Shown piece by piece: positions 29,381 through 39,365 of a DNA stretch of 64,000 nt. The notes beneath the pieces were generated by a model, which saw nothing but the letters and a program-made list of their open reading frames with translations, was not told where the DNA came from and searched no databases. The stretch covers positions 7,789-71,788 of IMG/VR virus record IMGVR_UViG_3300032242_000920, one strand, 5' to 3'. The stretch is from a virus. The position numbers and the translations under genes were made by a program. Within the stretch, counting starts at the first letter, position 1; every line of letters starts with the position of its first letter.

Positions 29381-30457
29381 ATGGCAACTAACAATAAAAG
29401 AGACCTGAATGAATTCAAGTCTGTAGATGGCCAGAGTGAACTTCCGGGAACTGCTGTATCTGGTAGTGCATCACGTGCTGCCGATAAGACTACAGGAGAA
29501 ACCGATTACTCTGCTACTACTAAGGCTGAGGTAATGTCAAAGATCATGGGTGATCTCATGGCAAAGGACATGAAGGACGTCATGGACGTTTATCATGCAA
29601 TTACTTCAAATAGCAACTCAAACCGTCGTATGGCTGATAAGTCAACTTCTGGTGAGACATATGCAACAACAACTCATAGCCCAACCGCAGTATCTGGTAT
29701 TAATCCAGATGCAGTCACCGTAAAGCCAGTGGTTGCACGTGAAGATGTTTCCGAAATCTTTGCTGGTAGTGAACTTTCAGAAGAGCTTCTAAGCCGTGCA
29801 TCGACCGTATATGAAGCAGCTGTAAACTCACGTCTTGCTATTATTGAAACAAGACTGCAAGAGCAGTATGCAGAGACACTTTCTGAAGCAATCGACCTTA
29901 TGCATGACGAGATGCTTGAATCACTTGACAAGTATGTAACATATGTTGCAAGTCAATGGATGGAAGAGAATCAACTTGCTGTTGACAATGGTCTGAAGGC
30001 TGAAATGGCTGAAGAGTTTATCCTTGGTCTCAAGGACATCTTTGAAGCTAATTACGTAACAGTTTCACCTGATCGTTCTGATATTGTTACTTCGATGGCC
30101 GAGGAAATTGACCATCTTAACTCACGACTTAACGAAGCAGTTGAAGATAACATTAAGCTCACTGAAGAGCTTAATAATGCAAAAATTGCAGACTTAGTTG
30201 CAGAACATGCTGCAAGCCTAACCGTGTCTCAAAGAGAGAAGTTTGCTTCTCTAATTGAGAATATTGTTTATGAAGATGTAAATGACCTTACTCGTAAGAT
30301 TGAAAACATCAAGGAAACCTACTTCTCTGATAATATCTCACATCGTAATGCTTCAGCGGAGCCTTTAACTGAAGGCTATGAAATTGAAGAAGAACAAGAA
30401 ATTCCTTCGAATATGAAGGCTTATTCTGAAGCAATCTCGAGAACTTTAAAAAAATAA
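29381..30457 (+). CDS. gp22: Prohead scaffold protein gp22
   Basis: Acidic coiled coil, LDKYV.YVA..WMEEN.LA, C-terminal M.AY..AI; position before gp23. Confidence 0.92.
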   Translation: MATNNKRDLNEFKSVDGQSELPGTAVSGSASRAADKTTGETDYSATTKAEVMSKIMGDLMAKDMKDVMDVYHAITSNSNSNRRMADKSTSGETYATTTHSPTAVSGINPDAVTVKPVVAREDVSEIFAGSELSEELLSRASTVYEAAVNSRLAIIETRLQEQYAETLSEAIDLMHDEMLESLDKYVTYVASQWMEENQLAVDNGLKAEMAEEFILGLKDIFEANYVTVSPDRSDIVTSMAEEIDHLNSRLNEAVEDNIKLTEELNNAKIADLVAEHAASLTVSQREKFASLIENIVYEDVNDLTRKIENIKETYFSDNISHRNASAEPLTEGYEIEEEQEIPSNMKAYSEAISRTLKK

Positions 30458-30489
30458 ATAAATAAGAAGATAACAAGGAGTTTAATCTT

Positions 30490-31896
30490 ATGAATAATCC
30501 ATCAGTAAATTCGCTACTCCAGGAGAAGTGGAATGCAGTTATTCAGCATCCAGATCTTCCTGCAATTAAGGATGTTAACAAGCGCAATGTAATGGCTCAG
30601 ATCCTAGAGAACACCGAGCGTGCTCTTATGGAAGAGTCACATCTTGGTATGTCATCGGGTCTTCTTTCAGAAAACTCAGGTGGTATCCCAACATCAACAA
30701 TGGGCGGCGTAAGCACCTATGATCCAGTGCTCATCTCACTGGTTCGTCGTGCAATGCCTAACCTTATTGCTTATGACATTTGCGGCGTTCAGCCAATGAC
30801 AGGTCCTACCGGACTTATCTTTGCTCTGCGTCCACAATACACCAACCAACAAGGTGCAAACGCATTCTACAACGAAGCAAATACCGGCTTCTCGACCTAT
30901 GGTATCTCGGGTAACACCCAGCTAATCGGTCAGGCTTCGGGTGACTTTGGTGGCGTGTATGGCGTTAACACCTCGACAGTTGTTTCGGGTAACCCTAACA
31001 CATACAACTTCGCTGGTGGTGCAAACACTGCAACTCTTGAATCGCTTGGTGCAAACTCAGGTTCGTACTATCTTGCTAATGGTCAGGCTCTATCACTTGG
31101 TGGTACAGACTTCAACCAGATGGCATTCTCGATTGACAAGGTTACTGTTACAGCTCAGGGTCGTGCTCTCAAGGCAGAATACACCATTGAACTTGCACAG
31201 GATCTGAAGGCAATCCACGGTCTTGATGCTGAAACTGAATTGTCAACAATTCTTTCGGCTGAAATTCTTGCTGAAATCAACCGTGAAATTGTTCGTACAA
31301 TCAACCTTTCGGCTGTTGCTGGTGCTGCTGATACAACCACTGCTGGTGTGTTTGACCTTGACATTGACTCAAACGGCCGTTGGTCGGTTGAAAAGTTCAA
31401 GGGTCTTATGTTCCAGGTAGAGCGTGACTCGAACCGAATTGCAAAAGATACACGTCGCGGTAAGGGTAACATCCTGATCTGCTCGTCGGATGTTGCTTCT
31501 GCTCTTCAAATGGCTGGTGTACTTGACTACGCTCCTGCTCTGAACTCGAATAACCTTGAAGTTGATGACACAGGTAATACTTTTGCTGGTGTTCTTAACG
31601 GTCGTACTCGCGTGTATGTTGATCCATATGCTGCTGGTAACTACATGACAGTCGGTTATAAGGGTGCTTCGGCATTCGACGCTGGTCTGTTCTACTGCCC
31701 ATATGTTCCACTACAGATGGTTCGTGCAGTCGGTCAGGACACATTCCAACCAAAGATTGGTTTCAAGACACGTTACGGCGTGGTTGCAAACCCATTTGCT
31801 GGTGGTGTGACTCCTGCTGCTGGTACCGTTGCTGGTCAGATCTATCAGAACAGCAATGTTTATTACCGTCGTGTTCTGGTGAACAATATCCTCTGA
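30490..31896 (+). CDS. gp23: Major capsid protein gp23
   Basis: DPVLISLVRRAMPNLIAYDICGVQPMTGPTGLIFA...RALKAEYT.ELAQDLKA.HGLDAE. Confidence 0.98.
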   Translation: MNNPSVNSLLQEKWNAVIQHPDLPAIKDVNKRNVMAQILENTERALMEESHLGMSSGLLSENSGGIPTSTMGGVSTYDPVLISLVRRAMPNLIAYDICGVQPMTGPTGLIFALRPQYTNQQGANAFYNEANTGFSTYGISGNTQLIGQASGDFGGVYGVNTSTVVSGNPNTYNFAGGANTATLESLGANSGSYYLANGQALSLGGTDFNQMAFSIDKVTVTAQGRALKAEYTIELAQDLKAIHGLDAETELSTILSAEILAEINREIVRTINLSAVAGAADTTTAGVFDLDIDSNGRWSVEKFKGLMFQVERDSNRIAKDTRRGKGNILICSSDVASALQMAGVLDYAPALNSNNLEVDDTGNTFAGVLNGRTRVYVDPYAAGNYMTVGYKGASAFDAGLFYCPYVPLQMVRAVGQDTFQPKIGFKTRYGVVANPFAGGVTPAAGTVAGQIYQNSNVYYRRVLVNNIL

Positions 31897-31918
31897 TCTT
31901 TGATCGGAGAAAAAAATT

Positions 31919-31948
31919 GGGGTGGGGGGAAACTCCCACCCTTTTTTT
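31919..31948 (+). terminator. Intrinsic terminator after gp23
   Basis: GGGTGGGGG-GAAA-CTCCCACCC followed by T7. Confidence 0.9.
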
Positions 31949-31949
31949 A

Positions 31950-31978
31950 TGTACTTTGTTTGTAGATAAATATATAAT
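31950..31978 (+). promoter_or_regulatory. Composite promoter: TGTACT-17-TATAAT with late-like GATAAATA (31965-31972) in the spacer
   Basis: Read directly from sequence. Confidence 0.45.
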
Positions 31979-31995
31979 GAAATATGGAGATTGGC

Positions 31996-32550
31996 ATGTC
32001 GGCTTATTCAAACAACCCAAGTAACTTAAACTTTCTAGGCCAGGTTGGCTTTAAATTTAACCTTACTCGGTCACCTAACTTTGACTTTTTTATTCAAAAA
32101 GTAGACTTTCCAGGTGTGACATTAACTCCCGCAGAAGTACCTAATCCATTTGTAAAGACACCAATTCCTGGTGATCATATGGATTATGAAAGTCTTAAGT
32201 TGACATTTAAATTGGATGAAGATCTTAGAGGATATTTCGAGATATATAATTGGATGAAAGCTCTAGGTAAACCAGAAAACTTCAACCAATCAGCTAATAT
32301 CTATTCCAGAAAAGCCGGTGATCCTAATACAGTATTCTCTGATGGATCGTTGACTATTCTTGATGCCAATCTAAATGCAAATATAAATATCAACTTCTAT
32401 GATATGCTTCCAACATATCTATCTGGCTTTACACTTCAAACTGATGCAACTGATATTCAGTTTATTACAGCCAGAATGGAATTTAGATACAGAATGTATG
32501 ATTATTCTTACGTGAACAAAGGATATATAAACCCCTATGGCAACACTTGA
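31996..32550 (+). CDS. gp3: Tail completion/tube terminator gp3
   Basis: NFL...GFKF...P...FF.Q....PG...PGD...Y..L...F..DEDL..Y.EIYNW; GGAG SD before ATG 31996. Confidence 0.85.
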   Translation: MSAYSNNPSNLNFLGQVGFKFNLTRSPNFDFFIQKVDFPGVTLTPAEVPNPFVKTPIPGDHMDYESLKLTFKLDEDLRGYFEIYNWMKALGKPENFNQSANIYSRKAGDPNTVFSDGSLTILDANLNANININFYDMLPTYLSGFTLQTDATDIQFITARMEFRYRMYDYSYVNKGYINPYGNT

Positions 32551-32974
32551 TGCGATCTTTGATAGCTGGTCCGAGGACAGCAAAATTGACAACACTGAAC
32601 TTGATAATGAGTCGCTAAAAATACCTTTACTACACAACAAGTATCTTAAAATGTTTATTTCTGAAAAAATTGCTCTACAAAAAGTAGAACTTCAGTATAA
32701 GACATTACACAAAACAAAGACAGAATATTTTGCTGGTACTCTAGATATGGATACCATTAAGGGAATGGGCTGGGAGCCTAACCCTAAGATCATTCTTAGA
32801 TCAGATATAAATATGCATATCGAATCCGATCCTGAAGTCCAACAACAACTGATTAAAGTTGGTATTCAGAGAGAAAAAGTAAATGCTTTGGATTCAATCC
32901 TTAAAATGATTTCCAATAGAGGTTTCTCTATTAAGAACGCCATTGATTGGCAGAAGATGATGAATGGTTTATGA
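32537..32974 (+). CDS. uvsY: Recombination mediator UvsY
   Basis: W..DS.ID...L..ESLKIP.LH.KYL...I.NRGF.IKNAIDW. Confidence 0.92.
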   Translation: MATLDAIFDSWSEDSKIDNTELDNESLKIPLLHNKYLKMFISEKIALQKVELQYKTLHKTKTEYFAGTLDMDTIKGMGWEPNPKIILRSDINMHIESDPEVQQQLIKVGIQREKVNALDSILKMISNRGFSIKNAIDWQKMMNGL

Positions 32975-34425
32975 GCGACGTCCACATTAAATATACTAAT
33001 GATGTATACTGTCAAGTTGTAGCTGAGAGATCAATCTTGGCCGAACTTGCAGATACACTTACATGGAAAGCCGAAAACTATCGGTTTCACCCAAAGTATA
33101 AAGCAAAAGTTTGGGATGGTAATATCTCATTACTGAACCGCTTTACTGGTGTGTGTTATATTGGTCTAGCACAACGAATTAAAAAGTTTTGTGATAATCG
33201 GAACTATAGTTTTTCATTTGATGATGAACTTCTGCATGACAATATTTCAGTCAAGCAAGTAGAAGATATGATAGCAGAACTCAATTTACCTGATTGGATT
33301 GAGATTAGAGACTATCAGGTGGATGCTGTAGTTAAATGTCTACGATCAAGACGCAGGACACTTATATCTCCTACAGGCTCCGGTAAGTCACTGATGATTT
33401 ACTTTATCAATCAATGGTACAAAGAAAAGACATTGATTATTGTACCTACAATTGGTCTTGTTGCACAGATGCAAAAGGACTTTGAGTCGTATGGTTTTAC
33501 TGGCCGTATACATACTTCTATTGAGGGTCTATCAAAGGATCTTGATATTCCTGCCGATGTGGTAATTACTACCTGGCAGTCACTTGATAACGGAAAAAGC
33601 AAGGTAAATAAGCGGTGGTATGATCAATTCAAATTAGTAATTGGTGATGAATGCCATGGAGCAAAAGCTAAGGTTCTTATTAAGATTCTTACTTCTATGG
33701 AACACACACCTTACCGATTTGGCACCACAGGTACTTTGGATAATATTGAACTGAATAAAGCAACTATTGAAGGTTTATTTGGTGCTCAATATAAAACAAC
33801 AACGACCCGAGCATTAATTGATGAAGGACATGTTGCCGACATTAAGATTAAGTGCATTCGACTTAAATATGCAGATGAAGTTTGTAAAGATCTTCGTGGT
33901 AAGACATATCAAGAAGAAGTTGAATTTTTGGTTAATCATGAAGCCAGAGCAAAGTTTATCAGGAACTTAATTCTTTCATTAAAAGGTAATAAACTTGTTT
34001 TCTTCCGAATGAAAGACCATGGCCGCTTAATCTATAATTCAATTAAAGAAGAAGTAGATGCAGGTGTATTCTATATTGATGGTGATGTAAGTGTAGAAGA
34101 ACGAGAACTCATAAGAAGTTCAATTGAATCTGAATCTGATTGTGTGCTTGTTGCTTCTCTTGGTACAACATCAACAGGTGTTAGTATTAAAAAGCTCCAT
34201 CATATGATTGCAGCATCACCTTCTAAATCAAAAATTAAAGTACTTCAGTCTATTGGTCGTATGCTTCGACAACATAAGACAAAAGAATATGCGGTTCTGT
34301 ATGATATTGTAGATGACTTAAGTATTAAGTCTCACAAAAACTATACATTAAAGCACTTTGAAGAACGAGTTAAGATCTACAATCAAGAAAAGTTTGATTA
34401 TAAAGTATACAATACAAGGATTTAA
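32971..34425 (+). CDS. uvsW: SF2 helicase UvsW
   Basis: RDYQ, SPTGSGKS, DECH, QSIGRMLR. Confidence 0.96.
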   Translation: MSDVHIKYTNDVYCQVVAERSILAELADTLTWKAENYRFHPKYKAKVWDGNISLLNRFTGVCYIGLAQRIKKFCDNRNYSFSFDDELLHDNISVKQVEDMIAELNLPDWIEIRDYQVDAVVKCLRSRRRTLISPTGSGKSLMIYFINQWYKEKTLIIVPTIGLVAQMQKDFESYGFTGRIHTSIEGLSKDLDIPADVVITTWQSLDNGKSKVNKRWYDQFKLVIGDECHGAKAKVLIKILTSMEHTPYRFGTTGTLDNIELNKATIEGLFGAQYKTTTTRALIDEGHVADIKIKCIRLKYADEVCKDLRGKTYQEEVEFLVNHEARAKFIRNLILSLKGNKLVFFRMKDHGRLIYNSIKEEVDAGVFYIDGDVSVEERELIRSSIESESDCVLVASLGTTSTGVSIKKLHHMIAASPSKSKIKVLQSIGRMLRQHKTKEYAVLYDIVDDLSIKSHKNYTLKHFEERVKIYNQEKFDYKVYNTRI

Positions 34426-34426
34426 A

Positions 34427-34807
34427 ATGAAAACTAAAGAATTTGTAATCTTGAGACTTTTAAATAATGATAGAATCATAGGTGAGCTTGTTGCTCATCA
34501 TATGGGTGCTATATTTTTATATGCACCTATGTCTATTAGTTTTAAAACTGAAGATTCTGAAGATCAATATTATGCTTTAGCACCATATGATATTTTCTCT
34601 GATACTTCAATTGCTGTTATTGCTACAGATAAGATCTTAACTGTAAACGATCCTAATGATACTGTAATGGAATACTATGAAGCTGCATGGCCTAAATACT
34701 ATCCTGCATATGATGATCCAAAGGATAAAACCGAGGATAGTCTGGATTCAGAGAAGTTGAATGAGATGTTTAAGAGTTTCGGCATTGATAGAAAGAAACT
34801 AAACTAA
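34427..34807 (+). CDS. Conserved hypothetical protein (Sm-like N-terminus) between uvsW and gp55
   Basis: ATG 34427 with AAGGA SD; ILRLLNNDRIIGEL; synteny. Confidence 0.65.
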   Translation: MKTKEFVILRLLNNDRIIGELVAHHMGAIFLYAPMSISFKTEDSEDQYYALAPYDIFSDTSIAVIATDKILTVNDPNDTVMEYYEAAWPKYYPAYDDPKDKTEDSLDSEKLNEMFKSFGIDRKKLN

Positions 34808-34828
34808 TTCAGTTTTGACCGATATGGT

Positions 34829-34856
34829 ATTCTAACACATTGAGATCCAATGTCAA
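34829..34856 (-). promoter_or_regulatory. sigma70-type promoter on minus strand, antisense to 34427-34807/uvsW
   Basis: Minus strand reads TTGACA-ttggatctcaatgtgt(16)-TAGAAT. Confidence 0.5.
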
Positions 34857-34871
34857 CCAAAATCGCTGTGG

Positions 34872-34900
34872 TTTACATTTAAGTAGTTATGTGTTATAGT
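34872..34900 (+). promoter_or_regulatory. Early/middle promoter for gp55
   Basis: TTTACA-17-TATAGT with TGTGT just before the -10. Confidence 0.75.
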
Positions 34901-34925
34901 ATACTTCAACTAAGGGTATTGTATT

Positions 34926-35516
34926 ATGACTATTTCAATTAAACGAAAATCTAGCATCTATTACATAGACAACAAGCGGTTTTACGCTGAGATGCAAAAG
35001 TATATTGCTGCATGTAAAGAAGCGGAAGAATGTGGTGATGAATATCCGATAATTCCGAACTATATCGGTGAATGCTTTTATAAAATTGCATCAAAGCTTA
35101 GTTCAAAGCCAAACTTCTCTGGGTATACATATAAGGAAGACATGATCGGTGATGCTATCGAGACATGTGTCAAGTATGTAAAGAGTTTTAATCCAGAAAA
35201 GTCTGTGAATCCATTTTCGTACTTTACACAGATTGTATCAAATGCTTTTCTTCATCGGATTCATAAGGAAAAGAAACAGCAGTATGTAAAGTATAAGTCT
35301 ATGGAAAATATGCTCATGCACAATGAGAATTATAGTTCACAAGACAGCGATAGTATGTTAGTTCTTACACCTGATGTATTTGAAAATTCAAATAAAATTA
35401 TTGCATCATTTGAGGACACTATCCAGAAAAGCAAAAAGAAAAAGGAAGATAAACTTGCAGAGCGAAAAGCACTAGAAGAGTTTATTGATTTAGAGGATAC
35501 GGAAAATGAAACATGA
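34926..35516 (+). CDS. gp55: Late sigma factor gp55
   Basis: YIDNK.F...IPNYIGECF.KIA..LS.KPNF..YTY..DMI.D...NPF.YFTQI...AF..RI.KEKKQ. Confidence 0.96.
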   Translation: MTISIKRKSSIYYIDNKRFYAEMQKYIAACKEAEECGDEYPIIPNYIGECFYKIASKLSSKPNFSGYTYKEDMIGDAIETCVKYVKSFNPEKSVNPFSYFTQIVSNAFLHRIHKEKKQQYVKYKSMENMLMHNENYSSQDSDSMLVLTPDVFENSNKIIASFEDTIQKSKKKKEDKLAERKALEEFIDLEDTENET

Positions 35517-35664
35517 AAACATTCCTATTGCAGTAAAGCAGTTTGGTGATACTGCTCTAAATAAAGCTGAAAGGAAAGATGTGCGCTTTAATTGTGTCGA
35601 GACACTGAGGCGGATCCGTGAGTATTGTACACTCGTAATCAATAAGTATGATAGTTCTTTTTAA
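35506..35664 (+). CDS. Small conserved protein (52 aa), absent from ORF track
   Basis: MKHENIPIAVKQF...RFNCVETLRRIREYC; GAGG SD; fills the gap between gp55 and the exonuclease. Confidence 0.6.
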   Translation: MKHENIPIAVKQFGDTALNKAERKDVRFNCVETLRRIREYCTLVINKYDSSF

Positions 35665-35680
35665 ATAGGCAAATTATATC

Positions 35681-36229
35681 ATGAGCAGTAAAGTTACTAA
35701 TTCCAAACAAATCCAAATTATGATTGATTTGGAGACTCTTTCCACGAGATCTAATGCTTCAATTCTGTCTATTGGTGCTACAAAATTTACACTAGAGGAT
35801 GGAGTTATAGATAAGTTTTATTGTAATGTTGATGCTCAAACTTGCAAGAACTTAGGTCTTCATATATCTAAAGATACTTTGGATTGGTGGAAAAAACAAA
35901 ATAAGGAAGCTATCAAAGCACTGATGGTAAATAAACTACCTTTGGATGTAGCATTAACTAACTTTACAGATTGGATTGGAAAGGGCGACATTATTGTCTG
36001 GGGTAATGGTGCATCTTTTGATATTGTAATACTAGAATCTGCCTTTGAAGCTATCGGTATTAGTAGATATCCATGGAAGTATTGGAATGTTATGTGCTAT
36101 AGAACAATTATGAATCTATTTGGTCTTGATAATTCTAAAATTAGAAAAGAACAAACAGACACTCACCATCATGCACTTGATGATGCTTTAAGTCAAACAC
36201 ATACACTGATTGGAATTTTGAAGTCATGA
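35681..36229 (+). CDS. DEDDh 3'-5' exonuclease (DexA/exonuclease VIII-like)
   Basis: MIDLETL, WGNGASFD, HHALDDA. Confidence 0.88.
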   Translation: MSSKVTNSKQIQIMIDLETLSTRSNASILSIGATKFTLEDGVIDKFYCNVDAQTCKNLGLHISKDTLDWWKKQNKEAIKALMVNKLPLDVALTNFTDWIGKGDIIVWGNGASFDIVILESAFEAIGISRYPWKYWNVMCYRTIMNLFGLDNSKIRKEQTDTHHHALDDALSQTHTLIGILKS

Positions 36230-37287
36230 AAGTTGCTCTTGTTACTGACACACACTTTGGTGCTCGTAATGATAATGAAGCACTAGCAAACTTTTTTGAA
36301 AAGTTCTATGTTGATATTTTCTTTCCTTATCTCAATAAGAATAATATCAAGAATATTATTCATCTTGGTGATGCATTTGATCGCCGAAAGTATATTAACT
36401 TTCAGTCACTATATCGTTGTAAGCAATACTTCTATGATCTAGCCGAAAAGTTTGGTATTCATATTGATCAAATTATAGGAAACCATGACACGTTCTACAA
36501 GAACACAAATAAGATCAACTCTCCAGATTTGATTCTAGGAGAATATGCAAACATAAACACTTACTCAGAACCACAAGAACTTATTCTTGGTGGTAAAAAG
36601 TTAGTGATGATGCCTTGGATCTGTGCAGATAATCATGATAAAGCAATGAAACTTATTAGTGAGTCTGATGCTGATATTGTTCTTGGACATTTAGAACTTG
36701 ATGGCTTTGAAATGTACAGAGGTCAGCCACACCATGGTGGGTTTGCTGCTGATGTATTCTCTAGATTTGATCTTGTTCTTTCTGGTCACTTTCACCATAG
36801 ATCAACCAACAGAAACATCACATATCTAGGAACACCATATGAAATTACTTGGTCGGACTATAATGATCCTAAAGGTTTTCATATTCTAGATCTTGATACA
36901 AATGAGTTGACTTTTATAGAGAATCCATATAGATTGTTTCATAAGGTAAAGTATGATGATTCCACATGGAAGGATATGGAGTCATTTAAGAATCTAGACT
37001 TTACTCACCTCAAAGACACTTATGTAAAGGTCATTGTAATTAATAAAACCAATCCGTATTGGTTTGATTTGTTTATTGACAAGATCGAAAAGTGTGATCC
37101 TATTGATGTTCAAGTTGTTGATGATAACCTAAGTCTTGATCTTATCAAAGATGATGATCTTATGGAGAACGTAGATGATACAATGACTATTCTCTATAAG
37201 TCAATAGAAACAATGGCTGTTGATGTAGATAAAACCAGACTTGATGTTCTATTTAAGTCATTGTACAATGAAGCATTGGATATATAA
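36226..37287 (+). CDS. gp47: Recombination nuclease gp47 (Mre11-like)
   Basis: TDTHFG, HLGD.FD.RK, GNHD, SGHFH. Confidence 0.95.
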   Translation: MKVALVTDTHFGARNDNEALANFFEKFYVDIFFPYLNKNNIKNIIHLGDAFDRRKYINFQSLYRCKQYFYDLAEKFGIHIDQIIGNHDTFYKNTNKINSPDLILGEYANINTYSEPQELILGGKKLVMMPWICADNHDKAMKLISESDADIVLGHLELDGFEMYRGQPHHGGFAADVFSRFDLVLSGHFHHRSTNRNITYLGTPYEITWSDYNDPKGFHILDLDTNELTFIENPYRLFHKVKYDDSTWKDMESFKNLDFTHLKDTYVKVIVINKTNPYWFDLFIDKIEKCDPIDVQVVDDNLSLDLIKDDDLMENVDDTMTILYKSIETMAVDVDKTRLDVLFKSLYNEALDI

Positions 37288-37288
37288 T

Positions 37289-37468
37289 ATGACGTTTGAT
37301 GATTGGTTTGATGAAGTTGAAAATTTTGGCATCAGAAGCATCAGATTTTATGATGATGTTAATTCACCAGATCCTAAATATAATGATATGATTTTGTCAT
37401 GGCTAAAAGCCGCATATCAAGTTGGTTATGAACACGCATTAAGTCGTATTATTGATGATGGAAAGTAA
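37289..37468 (+). CDS. Small hypothetical protein (MTFDDWF family)
   Basis: ATG 37289; coupled to gp46; similar to 62859-63011. Confidence 0.6.
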   Translation: MTFDDWFDEVENFGIRSIRFYDDVNSPDPKYNDMILSWLKAAYQVGYEHALSRIIDDGK

Positions 37469-39183
37469 TGTCTATACTATTTCACAAAGTTCGATATAAG
37501 AACATTCTATCTACTGGTAATACATTCACTGAAGTTTACCTAGATAAAAATCCAATGACGTTGATTATTGGTGCAAATGGATCTGGAAAGTCAACCTTTC
37601 TGGATGCTCTGTCGTTTGCTTTGTTTGGTAAGCCATTTAGATCTATTAATAAACCTCAGATCATTAATAGTATCAATGGCAAGAATCTCATGGTTGAGGT
37701 TGAGTTTACTATCGGCACAAAGCACTATGTAATCAAGCGTGGACTTAAACCTAACATTTTTGAGATTTGGAATGATGGTACACTACTAAATCAGGATGCC
37801 GCAGTTCGAGATTATCAGGAAGTTTTGGAAAAGAATATTCTGAAGCTCAACCACAAAAGTTTCTGTCAGATTATTGTGCTTGGTTCATCAACTTTTGTAC
37901 CATTCATGCAGTTACCTGCAGGGCAGCGCCGAGAGATTATTGAAGATCTTCTTGACATTCAGATCTTTTCTCGTATGAATCTGTTGCTCAAGGATAAAAT
38001 TGCTAAGAATAAGACTAATACACAAGATGTAAAGTATGAACTTGACCTAATTAAGGAAAAGATTACTCTACATCTTAATCTTATTAAAAAGCTTCGTAAG
38101 AATAATGATGAACAGATTGCCGATCTTGAGGGTAAGATTCTTTCTGCTCAACTCAAAGTTGATGACTACATGAAGTTGATTAAGGATAAACTGACCGAAG
38201 AATCTGCTTTACTTTCATCAATTGCAGATCAAGATAAAGTTCTTAAAAAGAAAAAAGAACTTTCTGATTGTCGTACTGATCTAGAAAGTAAAAAGACTAA
38301 GCTTCAAAAGGACATTACATTTTATTCTAATCATGACAACTGTCCTACATGTAAGCAGGGTATTGAACACGACTTCAAGACTGAAACTATTGACACTAAG
38401 AAAACTAATCTGCAAGCAATTGAAGATGCACTTGTAAAACTTAGTGATATGGAAGAAAAGAACTCTGCTCGTGAGATAGAGATTAATGCCACAGTAAAAG
38501 ATATTTCTGCAATCCAGAGAAAAGTTTCTGAATATAATGGTCACGTTTCGAGTGGAAATATATATATAGTTGATACCAGAAAAGAAATTGAGTCACTCAA
38601 AGCAAAGTCATCTGATGATCATGAGGCAACTGCCGAACTGGAAGTTCTCAAGAAAGATTATAAAGATAACGAAAAGCTAAGAGAAGAACTTCTTGTACAA
38701 AAGGAAGTACTTGATGTTGCAGCCGTCCTTCTTAAGGATGGTGGTATTAAGTCAAAGATCATCAAGCAATACATTCCAGTCATCAATAAGCTTATTAATA
38801 AGTACTTGTCAATTATGGAACTTCCAATCAGCTTTGAACTTGATGAAAACTTCAATGAAACTATCAAGTCAAGGTTCAGGGATACTTTCTCGTATAGTTC
38901 ATTCAGCGAAGGGGAAAAAAGAAGAATAGATCTCGCCATACTTTTTACTTGGCGAGCGATAGCTAAAATGAGAAATAGTTCAAATTCTAATCTTCTTGTC
39001 ATGGATGAAATTTTTGATTCGGCTGTTGATATAAGCGGAACCGAACAATTAATGTCTATTATTGAAACTATATGCGGCGATACTAATGTCTTTATCATCA
39101 GCCACAAAGAAAGTATGATGGACAAATTCACCAATATCATTCGGTTCGAGAAGGTGAAGGACTTCTCAAGGATTGCAGCATAA
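37468..39183 (+). CDS. gp46: Recombination ATPase gp46 (Rad50-like)
   Basis: GANGSGKST, zinc hook CPTC, FSEGEK.RIDLA, MDEIFD. Confidence 0.96.
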   Translation: MSILFHKVRYKNILSTGNTFTEVYLDKNPMTLIIGANGSGKSTFLDALSFALFGKPFRSINKPQIINSINGKNLMVEVEFTIGTKHYVIKRGLKPNIFEIWNDGTLLNQDAAVRDYQEVLEKNILKLNHKSFCQIIVLGSSTFVPFMQLPAGQRREIIEDLLDIQIFSRMNLLLKDKIAKNKTNTQDVKYELDLIKEKITLHLNLIKKLRKNNDEQIADLEGKILSAQLKVDDYMKLIKDKLTEESALLSSIADQDKVLKKKKELSDCRTDLESKKTKLQKDITFYSNHDNCPTCKQGIEHDFKTETIDTKKTNLQAIEDALVKLSDMEEKNSAREIEINATVKDISAIQRKVSEYNGHVSSGNIYIVDTRKEIESLKAKSSDDHEATAELEVLKKDYKDNEKLREELLVQKEVLDVAAVLLKDGGIKSKIIKQYIPVINKLINKYLSIMELPISFELDENFNETIKSRFRDTFSYSSFSEGEKRRIDLAILFTWRAIAKMRNSSNSNLLVMDEIFDSAVDISGTEQLMSIIETICGDTNVFIISHKESMMDKFTNIIRFEKVKDFSRIAA

Positions 39184-39365
39184 TGGATTTTGACTTCTAT
39201 CTGGTATATTACCACAGCATCCATAGTGTTTATAGGACATTAAAAGAAGCAAAGACAATGAAAGATAAACTTTGTGAAATGCCTGGAGTTGATCCAAAGA
39301 ATGTCCAAATCTTTGGCCAAAACTTTAATGAATATTTTGACATGAAAAATAGGATTGCAGCATGA
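39183..39365 (+). CDS. Hypothetical protein
   Basis: Translationally coupled on both sides. Confidence 0.55.
   Translation: MDFDFYLVYYHSIHSVYRTLKEAKTMKDKLCEMPGVDPKNVQIFGQNFNEYFDMKNRIAA

Noticed and set aside
38658-39224. 188-aa minus-strand ORF opposite gp46
   Set aside because: Antisense shadow of a conserved core gene.
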